From contig BDIP01000023.1 in NCBI GenBank assembly GCA_003568945.1, positions 1 to 44,397 on the forward strand: DNA of 44,397 nt, in the 5' to 3' direction. Position numbers and translations under genes: made by a program. Shown one piece after another: positions 25,662 through 37,900 of the stretch; positions within the stretch are counted from its first letter, which is position 1, and each line of letters begins with the position of its first letter. Under the pieces are notes generated by a model, which worked only from the letters and a program-made list of their open reading frames with translations, had not been told where the DNA came from and made no database searches. This DNA is from Kipferlia bialata. Taxonomy: Eukaryota.

Positions 25662-28600
25662 CTAAACCACATATCTGTCCCAATTTAGTCGCTCACCCCA
25701 GCCGTCCCAACCCCCTGCCACTTCACCACAAGTGCTTGGTTGATAGGCTATAGGACACGTCCAGTTGTCACTGTAGCCCGTCCACAAGTCTTGAGTCTCT
25801 TCTGAACATCTGCCCTTCGCATCATCTGAAGTTAGAATTAATCAATCAATCAATCAACCAACAGCAGCACCTATATAGAGTATCCCTATAGGAATTGAAA
25901 GATCTAGTAGATCTAACAATATGATGATATCAGAACCACCGGCAACACTTACTTGACATATAGAGTATCACTATTGGAATAGATAGATCTTACATGGCCG
26001 TGTCAGCTTGACACTGTTAATTATCGTACACAGAAGGCTAAATATATATAGCTTTGTGAATATGCACCATTATGCATCACCTGGCATATAAAGCCACTGG
26101 GGAGTATGCGGCCATTGCTCCTTGCCACTCCGGGCAGTCCGACCAACTCGGGAAAGTGCACGCCTTTCTCTCTCTTCCCTCCCTTCCCTCCCTTCCCCCC
26201 TTACCTCCCTTCTTCTTCTTCTCCACAGACTTAAGGAGTGCATCAAGCGGGCACCACACGAGAGCACATACCTGACAGGAGCTAGACATAGCATAGACAG
26301 CATCGAATAGAGTACAGGTATCCATGAAACACGGATGGGCAGGATTAAGTAGAGACATATCAAACGCATTATACCTCTACACTAGGTGTGAATGTGTCAG
26401 GCAGTGTGTTTAACATGTGTCCCGGTGGAACCCACATACTGAACAGAGTGTACTTGCCCTCAGGGACGTATACAGGCTCCACACTGGGTGGAAGCAGACC
26501 CTCCACATCCTCACTCGAGAGGGTCTTGCCGGTCTCCTCCCAGAACTCCCTAGACATCAATATATAATAATAACTATATATATATGGATGTCTTTCAATA
26601 TAGAGCTCAAATCGAGAGTAGAGGGACCTTCTTACGGAATGATATTGTAGTCCAAATATCACATCTACTTCTCCTGTGGTTACTGTTACGTTGCTCATAC
26701 CTTACTGCAGTCTGTCGTAGAGCTCAATCAGAGAGATGGATATTGCATTCATATAATCACTCTTACTCCTGCGACCACTCTATGTAGCATCATGATACTC
26801 ATACCTAACTGCAGTCTGCCGTGTTGTCTCTCCAACCTCTCCCTTGCCTCCTATCGTGAGGTAGGTGGATGTGTCAAAGAGACAAGTCGACATGAAGAGA
26901 GAAATGAATCCAATGGATGAGTACCTAGAACGTGGAGGAGGACATAATTCTTCCACTGACGCTTCTCAACGGAGAGCAGTACTTGACGCACCCCCTCCAC
27001 CTCTCTCACCGGCAGGATTCCTGAGGTTATGGGCAGAACTCTAGACATATATAGAAGTAGTTTAATGATCCCTGGGAATGGGGGCAGAACATATATTAAT
27101 ATATAGTATATTGACACACTGCTAGGTGTAAAGAATATTAACATCAATATATATGGGAAGTAGAGCAAAGGGTGATATACAGCAAGCGTAAATAGGGACT
27201 ATCCCAGTGCAGTCATTCCAGTGTACATATGCAGACATAGAGTACATGTAAAGGAACAGAGAATGCTCTCCCTGAACATGGAGAAACGCACCTGCAGGTG
27301 GCATCTTCGGCTCTACTGGGTCCTTGACAGTGGGTGGGGCAGGATCGTCAAGAACAGTCAGCCCAAGGGTGGCTGCTTGTGTACGCAGAGACTCAATGGC
27401 AAGTGGGTGGTGCTCGACGATCCGGATCTGCATGCCCCCCTCTCCATTCTTATCTCTCTCCTTCTCTTCCTCCAGGAACCCGCGCACAGCAGTCACCAGA
27501 GCGTAGTGGTACCTGGGCTGACTCTCCGCGTTACCCTTAGTGACACGAACATCGGCAAGTCTGGGGAGGGTGACGGTACCAGCACCTAGCTCCCGTGCAG
27601 CCTCAAGCACGTCATGAATAGTTGTCCTGAGACGGTTGTACGCCTCCCCTTTTAACATCTGCATATCCCTGAATCTCAGGTACGGAGCGTGGATGACGGT
27701 GACACCCTCGGGGTGTGATGTAGACACACAGCCTGTGATGAGAAGAGAGAGGTAATACTTAGACTAAATATGCACACGGTTCATACAATACAGTGTCTAC
27801 ACAGAACAGCCTTAACCCATAGACTCTACACAATAGCGATGGCTGATCGTATTCAAAGAATATGCATATGGTATGAATTCGTTAAAGGAACAAACCTCTG
27901 TGAATGGCTGTGCCCTGTCCCTTGAGCTTTCCCGTGCACTCCTCTGCGACACCCTCGAATATGTATGGCATCTCCTGGTATCAGTATCAGCAATAGTATC
28001 TATCACATCTCTTAGCATCAGTACTAGCACCATATCAATAGTATCTACAGCATCTCCGGATATCAGTACAAAAATCAGCAATAGAATAAATCTATCGCAT
28101 CTCCTGGTATCAGTACTAAGATCAGCAATAGTATCAGTGTCAGCACTAGCGTCAGTAATACTGTCAGTAGTATCAGGTCTCAAACCTCGTATCAGTACTA
28201 GTCAGTATCAGTATCAGCTCTCTAACGATTAGTGTCTAACCTTGTAGATGGAGGTGCGTAGTGGCTCAGGCACGCTCTTGTTGGGTAAGGAAGGCACCAC
28301 CACCAGGCTAGAGCCCCTCCAGTATGACCTGTCGGCACATATGGTGACGTGTGGTGCGGCCGGAGGGAGTGTGGAGTCTCTCGCGGTGAGTTCTACGACG
28401 ATAGCAGTACCTATAACACTTGCCACATACCGAGACATGGTGCTGTACTTAGTTATACCATACCTGGATAGTGCGTCCTTGACTGTGCTTGACTGTGTTT
28501 GACTGTCCTTGACTGTCTGAGTGACTGGACTGACTACCCCTGGCACACTAATCACTCTGCGGGATAGCATAGAGAGAAAGAGGGGGTAATATATAATATA

Positions 28601-29484
28601 TATAATAATAATCCCTAGCATAAGACAAAGACGGCATCTCTCAAACAGATGAAATTACCATACACAGTGAGAGAATACCTCTTGGATGCCGGTTGCACGT
28701 CCAATCCAGAACCGGCGGGCCTCTTTGGCAGATAGGTAATGCCTGGAGGGATGGCATTCCTCCTCGCACACTTCTCTCTCTCCCTCTCTGCAGCTATTGC
28801 TATCTGCATCTGCAGCTCCTTCTCTCTCTCCCTCTCTGCAGCTCTTGCTCTCTGCATCTGCATCTGCCTCTCCCCCTCTCTATTTCTCTCTTCTTCTCTC
28901 TCCCTCTCTGCAGCTAGTGCTCCCTGCCTCTGCCTCTCCTTCTCTCTCTCCCTCTCTGCGGCTCTTGCTATCTGTGTCTGCCGCTCTTTCTCTCTCTCCC
29001 TCTCTGCGGCTCTTGCGATCTGTCTCTGCCTCTCATTCTCTCTCCCCCTCTCTGCGGCTCTTGCTATCTGTATCTGCCGCTCTTTCTCTCTCTCCCTCTC
29101 TGCGGCTATCTGCATCTGCCGCTCTTTCTCTCTCTCCCTCTGTGCAGCTATCTGTATCTGCCTCTCCTTCTCTCTCTTTCTCTCTGTCTCTCTCTCCTTC
29201 TCTGCGGCTCTTGACTTCTGCATTGCCCTTCTCTTCTCTCTCTCTCTCGCTCTCTCCTTCTCGCTCTCCTCTGCGGCTCTTGACTTCTGCATAGCCTCTT
29301 CCCTCTCCCTCCTTCTCTCCTCCTCTCTCTTCCTCCTCTCCCTCTGTACCTCCATCACTGCAGCTCTTGCCTCCTGCAACTTCCTCTCCTCCTCTCTCTC
29401 CTTCACCCTGCCTCTCTCTCTGCTCTTCTCTCTCCCGCTCTCTCTCTTCTTCTCTCTGCCTCTCTCTCTGCTCCTCTCCGACAA
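25662..29484 (-). CDS. Charged-repeat coiled coil + degenerate Macro domain + NUDIX hydrolase; true start unresolved (upstream of 29484)
   Basis: The spliced NUDIX box G-GKGEVGETTRQTAV-R|EFWEETG fits GX5EX7REUXEEXG, flanked by GILPV...QVLLSVE and E|VCALVWCPLDAL. Macro-like order: VAEEC...RG|CVST...VIHA...LRTTIHDVLEAARELGAGTVTLP...AVRGFLEE...IRIV. The last exon ends ...WDRYVV* at 25664-25662. Confidence 0.8.
27968..28220. repeat. Intronic degenerate tandem array (TATCAG/CAGTA-rich) derived from an acceptor site plus exon start
   Basis: gcatctcctggtatcagta is identical at 27968-27986 (real acceptor on the minus strand) and 28097-28115, with degenerate copies near 28005 and 28050. Confidence 0.85.
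28760..29330 (-). repeat. Coding tandem repeat encoding (R)AAEREREKERQxQIA units
   Basis: About ten imperfect peptide repeats in the 28615-29484 ORF; the plus strand is almost purely C/T microsatellite-like. Confidence 0.9.
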
Positions 29485-29775
29485 ACAGCTCCTTCAGACG
29501 GAGACCCCAACGCGAGAGGGAGAGAGAGAGACCAGAGAACACCTTCTCCCTTGCCTTACCTGCACCGGCGCCCTTGGATGTGTGTCTACCCCCTCTCCCT
29601 CTCCCTTCTCTCCCTCGCCCTTCTCTCCCTTGTGCACAGAGTCCCTGAGGTTAGAAGAAAAAGAAGAATAAAAACAAAATAAATAGTTTCAAGAATTAAG
29701 CTTAGAAGAATTAGAAGACCTGTCCAATAGTATGGTGTATGGAGAGAGAGAGAGCGAGAGAGAGCGTGTGTGTGT

Positions 29776-29807
<32 letters not shown>

Positions 29808-29857
29808 CGGCCGGGGAAAAAAAATTTTTTTTTCCCTCTCCCCCCCCCCCCCCCCCC
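29776..29857. other. Poly-G / A-T / poly-C low-complexity block, probable assembly junction
   Basis: G-run, cggccgggg, A-run, T-run, C-run. Genes on both sides lack a recognisable start. Confidence 0.6.
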
Positions 29858-29919
29858 ACACACACACTTCCTCTACCTTTGTCTCATCCTGTCTCTCCCT
29901 CTCCCTCTTCCTCACCCAG

Positions 29920-32276
29920 GCTTACCTCTGGCTGATTGTCTCTCTCTTCCTCATATCAATGGGGTCCCTCAGGAATGTCAACATGACAATGACACAGGAC
30001 AAGGGTGGGTATAGATGTGAATATGCTATAAATACATGCTATTTGTACGACACTATGATATATGTGTATACACTCTACATTATACTAGTGAGATGGTGTC
30101 ATGATGTAGTTCTTGTACACCTTCCCCCCTCTCACCCCTAGGCAAGGAGTGTGCCAAGTGGCTCCTGACTTCATGGGATGCATCACTCCCAGACGCTGTT
30201 GCAGTGCGGTACGTCAGTTCCCGTCATTTATCTGCATGTAGACTACTATGATGGCTGCCTGGCACTAACCCCAGGTCAGCGCAGATCGACCTCCTCAGCT
30301 ATGGGAAGCGTCTGCACAAGCGACTAGTGACCTTAGCCCGGCGTGATGTATCGCCATCAAGACATATGCGAGTGAGGGTGTTTGTGGACAAGCACCTCCT
30401 TCTCATATCCACTCTGATCGGGACTATCATAGGTAGGGGGTAACACTCTGTGTACGCTGTGGGTATATATGTGTGTCTTCTCTGACCATCTGGTATCGTC
30501 TTAGCTGCCATGCTCCCTCTGGTCATGGACGAAGAAGGGAACGGGGCATGGGCCTACGCAGCCCTTATGCTTACTGGGCACTTTGTGGGGTCAAAGGTTT
30601 GTGGCAACTATGGATACTTGGTAGAGTGTCTCTCTCTGTGTGCTCTACTTCTCACTATATGTTACTCTCCCTCACCCCCAGCTCTTGGCCGTGGCCAGGT
30701 CTGTGTCTTTTAGCTCTCTATGTCCTTCTTGTACCCTCATCACCCCCAGCTATCTCTGTGTGCCCTGTCTCTATATAATTTACTCACCCCCAGCTCTTGG
30801 CCGTGGCCAGGTCTGTGTCTGCAGTGGAGAAGCCCCAGGAGAGAGAGTCCTTCTCCGGTGTCATTGGGAACCTCACCATCACATTTATCACAATCTTGAG
30901 GTATGTATAGATGATTGACTATTATTACCATGGGGGGGGGGGGTCGTTTGGGCCTGTTATGGTGTCTTAACTTAGTGATATGTGCATTCCTACTCCCCCG
31001 TCCTTCCCTCACCTCAGATATGGTCTGGCCTTCAAGGATCCTGAGGATCCCATGCCTTTGCCCTACTTCAGGCACCACTACGAGTACATCTGGCTCTGGT
31101 TAGCCTACGGCGGCATAGTGATCTCTGTGTTCCTCTCCGTCCTCACCCGCTACCTCCTCCTCCCCTATGTCAACAATGCCCGTGTCCGCCTCGGCCTCGT
31201 GCACTCAGCCATCATGGTCCATGGCCTCACCTCCCTCTTCACCCTCTACGGCATCATAGGTGCATGTGCCCACCCCGCTTCATTCGCTGGCCTCTGGGCC
31301 ATTCCCGTTCTGATGGCCATATGCTCAAGGGTCTCCCACTGCGGCTCCCTCGGCCTCCCTGCCAGCCCAACTGCAGTGCTCAGGAGCACCAGCATGATGG
31401 TATTCATGATGTCATCCCTGGCACTCCTTGTGGCCATCAGATGCTCAGAGACAGAGGGGCTGTTCCTAGGTGAGGGGTCTCCCCCTCTCTGGAGGTACCT
31501 GGGGCACACATACCAACACTGGGAGTTCAGGGGGACCAGCCTCTTAGATGTGTACAACTTCTTCAATGGGGACATATTCTTCATAGGTGAGTGTGTGGTG
31601 TGTTCCAGGAGGCACAGGTTTACTCGGGTCATATGATACTCTCTATTGTATATTTCACCTCTGAATCAATCTCTCTACCTTATACTTACCCCCAGAGATG
31701 GTTGTCTTCCTGTCTGTGGTATGGCTGTTCATAGAGGCCCAGGAGTCACAGTACCAGAAGAGAAGGTGAGTGCGCCTATGTATGTATGTGTATAGTCTGG
31801 TATATCCCCCCCCCCCCCTCCCTCACCCTAGCTACAAGGCCACTCTGACTAGCCTCTATTTTAATACTGCTTATTATCTGAGTGAACCTTGCACCCCTCA
31901 CCCCAGCTACCAGGCAACTCTAGCCAGGGTTGAGGAGCAGATGGCTGGGGCCAAGCTCTACACACACCTGCACTACGCCTCTGCGTCCCACAAGGCCAGT
32001 ATAAGGAGGCGCCGCAGCCCACTCGCTGCCGCTGCCCCCAAGGCCAAGGCCGCGTACCGCCTGCCCCTCCCTGCCACCACTGTGTCTGGCACCATCCTGC
32101 GTGCCGCAACTGGGTCCAGCCAGATACCTAGCCCAGAGCCTTCCCCTAGAGGCGTCATCGAGAGACTCCGAAGGAAGGGGTCGGGGATGCTGTCTAGGTC
32201 TCTCCCACCTGTGCTATCTGTACCCACCCTGGCAGAGAGGGAGGGAGAGGGAGAGGAGAGGACGCCTGGCCCGTAG
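29920..32276 (+). CDS. Multipass membrane protein of unknown family, 5' portion missing
   Basis: Begins at an acceptor (cacccag|AYLWLIVSLFLISM). Later exons carry hydrophobic helices (LLLISTLIGTII, AWAYAALMLTGHF, IWLWLAYGGIVISVFLSVL, AIMVHGLTSLFTLYGIIGA, MMVFMMSSLALLVAI, MVVFLSVVWLFI), and a basic Ser/Pro-rich tail ends at 32276. Confidence 0.7.
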
Positions 32277-32653
32277 GTGACAGGGCGCAACACGTTAGCG
32301 ACACAGTATGCCCCAGACGGCCGCTGTGTCAACGATCGGGGGAGACTCTGGGGTCTAGAGTCTAGAGACGACCTCAGTAGTACTTCCCCTTGCAATCCAA
32401 CAAGTTCAAGTGTACAGTGCGATAATGTACACAACGCTTTTCGATACCGTACCGTCAATGATTGACGTTAAGGTATTCTCACACTATTTCCTGAAAGCAT
32501 CTTGCATTTCTAAGTTACCACCAAGTCTGGGAGCCTATTTCTTAGCACCATAAATGTATGTGTATGAGTCTTTGTAAGTGCGACGGGCCGACGGCTGACT
32601 TACGCTGTTGTTCTTTTTTGGAGTCACACTCGTCTGACTGTATAAGGACACCA

Positions 32654-34808
32654 CTACCTTCTCCTCCTTCCCCCCTTGCCCTTTCCCTTTCCCTTCTTCC
32701 CCCCCTTCCCCCCCTTGCCACCCTTCTTGGCATGGGACTGGGGGTGCTTCTTGGGGGCAGTCTCCTCTGAGGCAGTGCCAGCAGCATCCTCCTCCTGAGG
32801 CTCACTCTCCTCCTCCTCCTCCTCCTCCTCTCCCTCTCCCTCAGCATCTGCCTCTCCTGTCTCAGCGGGGATGACCTCGACAGCAACCTCCTCAGCAACC
32901 TCCTCAGCGGCCTTCACAACACCCTCAGCTGCGACCTCAACTGCCTCTGTCTCAGTCTCAGCAGTGATCTCCTCTCCCTCTCCCTCCTTGACCTCTGCCA
33001 CTACTGGGGTTGTCTCCACCAGGATCATCCTGTCGATGTCGGCATCCACCTCCTCAGCAGTAGGCACCTCCCCCACCTCCTCTGCCTCTGCCTCGACCTC
33101 AGCACCCACTGATACTGGTGCTGTCTCTGGAGAAGACTCTGGCTCTGGTAGCTCCTGGTCACGGAAGACATCCCCCTGGGTCTCTCCAATGAGGTAGTCG
33201 GCAGCCTGCACCTCCTCTAGGGCAATGGCCACCTCCGCGGCCACACTCTCTGTCATGGCCTGAGTGTCCTTGGCACTGACGATGAGAGCGTCGTAGTCTC
33301 CTGCTAGGGTGGCCCTCTCTCCCCTCTCTCCCTCCCTCTCCCCTGTCTCCACCTCGATCATGGCGTCGATGGAGGCCTCGACCTCATCGGCAGTGACGGG
33401 GACACTCTCCTCCTCACCCACCTCCTCCCTCTCTCCCTCTGTGGTTGGGACCTCAACCTCCTCCACCTCCACCTCAGCAGGGGTCTCAGTCACAGCCTCG
33501 CTCTCCAGGTCAACGACGTCCACCACTGACACTGGCACCTCCCCAGCCTCAACAGGAGAAGTCCCCTCCACCACTGGCTCCACAGCAGGTGTCTCCACCT
33601 CAACCTGGGGCTCTGTCTCTCTGAGTGTCTCACCCCCCTCTCCCTTGGGGGTCAGCACGGCAGGTGCCTCTCTCTTGGGGACAGGCTCCTCCACAGCTGG
33701 GGAAGGAGGTGTCCCTGCCCCACCCTCTGCCTCTGGGGGTAGGGCCGTGGCAGGTGTGGTGGGGGTCACCTCCCGGTGGTGCCTCTTGGTGGGGCACTTG
33801 ATCTGGGAGTGAGGGGGGTTGCAGACACTCATAGAGAAAAATGCATGGGGGTAATGTATCCAGGTAGGTGCAGATGGGGGGGGTACACACCTCTGGAGAG
33901 GGAGGGACCACCTGAGGGGCCTCCACTGCTGGGGGTGCCTCTGCCTCCTGGGAGTGAGGGGGGGGGTACTAGGGCGGCACTTACAATAAGGCGTCTACTT
34001 GGATATGCATATATAGCAAGAGGGTTGGGAGTCCAGGAGACAGTGATGACAATAGTAGTACATAGTAGCCAATGATCTGAAGAGAGTGTGTATTGTACTA
34101 ATAATACCCACCTCCCCCTCTGCCCCCTCCTTGAAGCCCTCGAAGTGCACAGGCTCGATGGACTCATACTGGGGACTAGCCTTGCCCTGGACCTGGGGTC
34201 AGCATAGCATACACAGTGTACTATCATACACAGTGAGTGAGAAGCGACATACCTTTGGGTGGGAGTGAGCGAGGACTGTCTCAATTGTGGTTGTGACAGG
34301 CTCCACTTCCCCTTCCCATACAGGGGATGACACGGCAACTATAGGCTCTCCAGGTGGGTGTCTCTGGGGGTCTGTCAGGTCATGCACAGTGTCCACAGCA
34401 ACAGGCTCCTGGTGGTGAGGGAACAACGGTAATGACTAGAGACAGCGGATATAGATTCAATACAGTATGATACGTTCTTTGCTCTCACCTTGGCATCCAC
34501 CACTGGGGCAGGAGAGACAGTGGAGTCTGGGACTGGGGGTGCTACCAAGCCTGAGGGTGAGAATGAGTCACCAGATACACACTATAGTGCAGTACATGGA
34601 GTGTGTATAGAGGTGGTACCTGGGTAGCTGGCCAGTGGCTTAGAGGGGATGGTGGGCTTGGGGGTGTCCCCCGCCGTACTCCGCTTCGAGGGCTTGCCTC
34701 CCATTGGGTCTCCCTTGCCGTCAGATCAAGGGTACCCGGTGTTATAGCAGAGTGTGGGTGCTCATACACCATCGACAGTACTGAGTGTGTGTGAGGGTAT
34801 CTCTCCAT
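32654..34808 (-). CDS. Pro-rich then highly acidic (E/V/A/T) disordered protein with a Lys/Gly/Arg C-terminal tail
   Basis: ATG 34808 (MERYPH...ATQ|gtacca), several short Pro-rich exons, and a long last exon (QIKCPTK...KKGGKGGKGGKKGKGKGKGGRRRR*) ending 32654. Confidence 0.7.
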
Positions 34809-34984
34809 ATTTCGTCCCCTGAGACGTCATCACCACTCTACAGTGCAAGTCGCTGTTTGAGGTCCCTCTCTCAACAGTGACAGTTCAAACCCTCAGCACT
34901 GTAGAGTCAAGGCTCATTGATACCTTCACTGTAAAGAATGTGTCTCAACCATTCATATGTACCTCCCATGCTCTCTTATGACCT
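34809..34984. promoter_or_regulatory. Short divergent intergenic region, probable bidirectional promoter
   Basis: Only 176 bp separate the head-to-head ATGs at 34808 (-) and 34985 (+). No specific element identified. Confidence 0.4.
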
Positions 34985-37900
34985 ATGTCTAATGTCGCCA
35001 TTTCAGGTGGTGGTATCCGATCGGCATGCTTCCTGGCAGGTGAGTCTCACCGTGAGACCTATCGTGTAGGTACAGTGTCTCTAGACTGAGATGATCCCTT
35101 TACTCTCAGGTGTACTGTCTAGTATGTCTGAGGCCAGAGACCTGCTAAATGAGGGACATGAGGATGAACCCGTTGGCACACGCCCTGGAGATGCACTGCA
35201 GGTGCAGCACCTGTCCTCTGTGTCAGGAGGGGGATTCCTGGCTGGTGCCCTATATGATGCAGCGGCAGACACACAGCAGACTGAATCAGTGTCTCCACTG
35301 CTACCATCCCCTGTGGGTAGTAGGGTATTGAGTCAGGCCCTGCCTAGTACAAGGGTTCCTTCTGATGGCGAGCCTCTCTCTGCACAACTTAGACAGACTG
35401 ATAGGGTGGCGTCAACAGAGGATGAAACTCACAGTGACAGTGATGTGAGTGAAGATTCGAGTCCCTCTGAATCAGAGTCAGACACAAACCCAGCTCCAGT
35501 GGACCCTGCCTCTCTCGAGTCTCTCTCCTTCACAGATGGTTCTGGGCCTCATGAGACTGTGGAACCGGAGTATGAGACTGTCATCTCAAGAATGCTGGCC
35601 AACCCAAACTACGTGAGTGCATATTACCAACAACTGGCTACCTCTGCACTGCACTCTCTCTAATCACAGATCCTGGGCACAAAGACCCGGTTCGTCTGGG
35701 CGTCTGTATGGGTCATCTTCCTAGGTATTTGATTTTCGTTGACACTGGCGCCAGAGTGAGTTCTCTTGTGTATCTTCACACCATACTGTTCATTGTAACA
35801 CTCTGCAGGTGTAGTCTAGAAACCCCCCTCTGATCCATTAGCGGCGCTCTTTCTGCTCCTTGGATCCGCCCTTGTCTTCACATTGAGTGGAGTACTAATT
35901 GTAGTTCTGTTCGACTGGTTTGGCCTCAAGTGAGTTGAAGTGTCTCATGTATACTTCGCAGAGCTAGAACCTCACTCACAGGCCCTTTACCTTCCAACAG
36001 TCCATCATAGGGTTTGGAGTCTTTGCGATTGTGTGTGGAGCAAGTGTCGTTGCGCTCGCCTTTATGGTCAAGTACCTGTCGACAATAAGGTAGAAGAGTA
36101 CCGTCTTATGTATCAGTCTCCAAGGTATCAGAGTGTGTGACATTCAGGTTTTGGAGTCCCTCTTGGCGCCTCACCAATCTGTACAAAGCAATGGTACAAG
36201 TGCTGATTGCTGTCTCAATGGTGAGTCTCACGGATTTCACTTGACACACTGAGTCTGAACAACAATATTGCGCGTTAGCTGACCTCCCAGATATCCTATA
36301 TAGATAGTGGGATGGCTAATTAACCAAGTATGTCTCTGACCTCAGGTCAGTCTCTTGCTCAGCTCCTACTACCTGCGTTCCTTTATTGACCGGCTAACTG
36401 AACGTAGGGTCTCTGTGGCCCAGGTGAATATGTCCACTTATATCATAATGCACCACTGTGTTGTCACGTATCAAATCACCATCCAATGAGCGTTTAGAGT
36501 CACTTAAGCACTGACAGCAGACCCTTGTCTGGGTTGGCCTGGGTGTTCTTATTGCTGTAGGGATCATCCTTCTTAGGGCGTTCTCCTTTGCAGGTTGGCT
36601 CCACTGTATAGTAGCTAATTAGCACATAGTAGTACTAGGCTATTGGGCCAAGCTTTTCTCTCCTCTAACACTAGATTGGTCCATCATCATCATCGTGACT
36701 GCCGTTGGTCTGGTTACCGTTCTGCGGATGATTCGATTCAGTCAAGAGGAGGATGAAGTTGACCCGTTCTCAAGTCTGGCAGGTACAGTCAATTGAAACA
36801 CTATCTTTATATGCGCAGTACATCTCTGCCAATGCCTTACGATAGCGCTTAGTTGGGCGTTTATGGGCATACTCCTCGCCTATCCCTTTCTGGCTATGAT
36901 TAGAGACAAGGGGGCACATAGGCTGTACAGGTACCAACCCGTAACCGTAGTGTCTCTGCGTGTACTAGCAACGTACTGCTATGGTTGTCTTACCTATCAG
37001 GGGATCCATACTACACAGCTTCTTCCACGAGGAAGAGACTCCACTCCATGAGTTGTTCTCCAATGGATCAAGACCGATGAGGGATGTCAGCCCAAGGTGG
37101 GTGCAACTGACATTGCTTAGGGGTCTCCGATGTTTCTGGCCTAGTCTAACCCAGATACTCCCTTGTGTGCCACATGGCCTATATAGCAGAGGACAGCCTA
37201 AGAGGCATGGTGGTGCTCACAAACACAGGCAAGGCAGACATATACCATACTTATCCCACGGCTGCAATGTATCAAATCTGTATCAGGTGCATTACTCACC
37301 ACCAGGTGGCACCATGTATCAGTTCAGACCAGACGAGAGGGACCCCCCAGGGGACACAGTACCAGAGGTACAAGTGTGTGTGACTGGTGTATAAGGATAC
37401 CCGTACTGACCCCCTAGGTCACTGTCCCATGGCTCAAGGACATGCGACTAATCACTGCAGTGGCGCTGAGCGGGGCTGCCATTGCACATCACATGGGGAG
37501 GCTTCAGGTGTCAATCGCCGTCACGTGCATTTGTTTACCAACGAGTGCTTGTTGCGTGGCTGAATACATTGCTCAGGAGCAACCGTCTAACCTCACAGGG
37601 TGGCATGAGTGGCATTGGCAGCCTGGTGTCCTTCCTCTCCATCAACCTGGGGTCTTGGGTGTTTCCGCTACAGTAAGTTAAACTTAATAAATTTCCACAA
37701 ATAGTAGCATAGACACAACTGCTGTTTTCCAGCGCCCTGCTTACTTATAAGGTCCATTGTCGCCCGATACTGGAAAGATGTCCTGAGTTCGGCTGTAATT
37801 GTGGGTCTCTTTCTTATGGAGTACTTCATATTTCGGTATGTGATCGGACACAACCCATAAGTAGTGTATTCTATCAGAGATATCTACTCTCTCAAGTAAA

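Noticed and set aside
28739..29671. Plus-strand Ser/Leu-rich ORFs (310 aa, 165 aa)
   Set aside because: Antisense shadows of the GA-rich coding repeat on the minus strand.
32871..33812. Plus-strand Ser/Thr-rich mucin-like ORFs
   Set aside because: Antisense shadows of the Glu/Val-rich exon.
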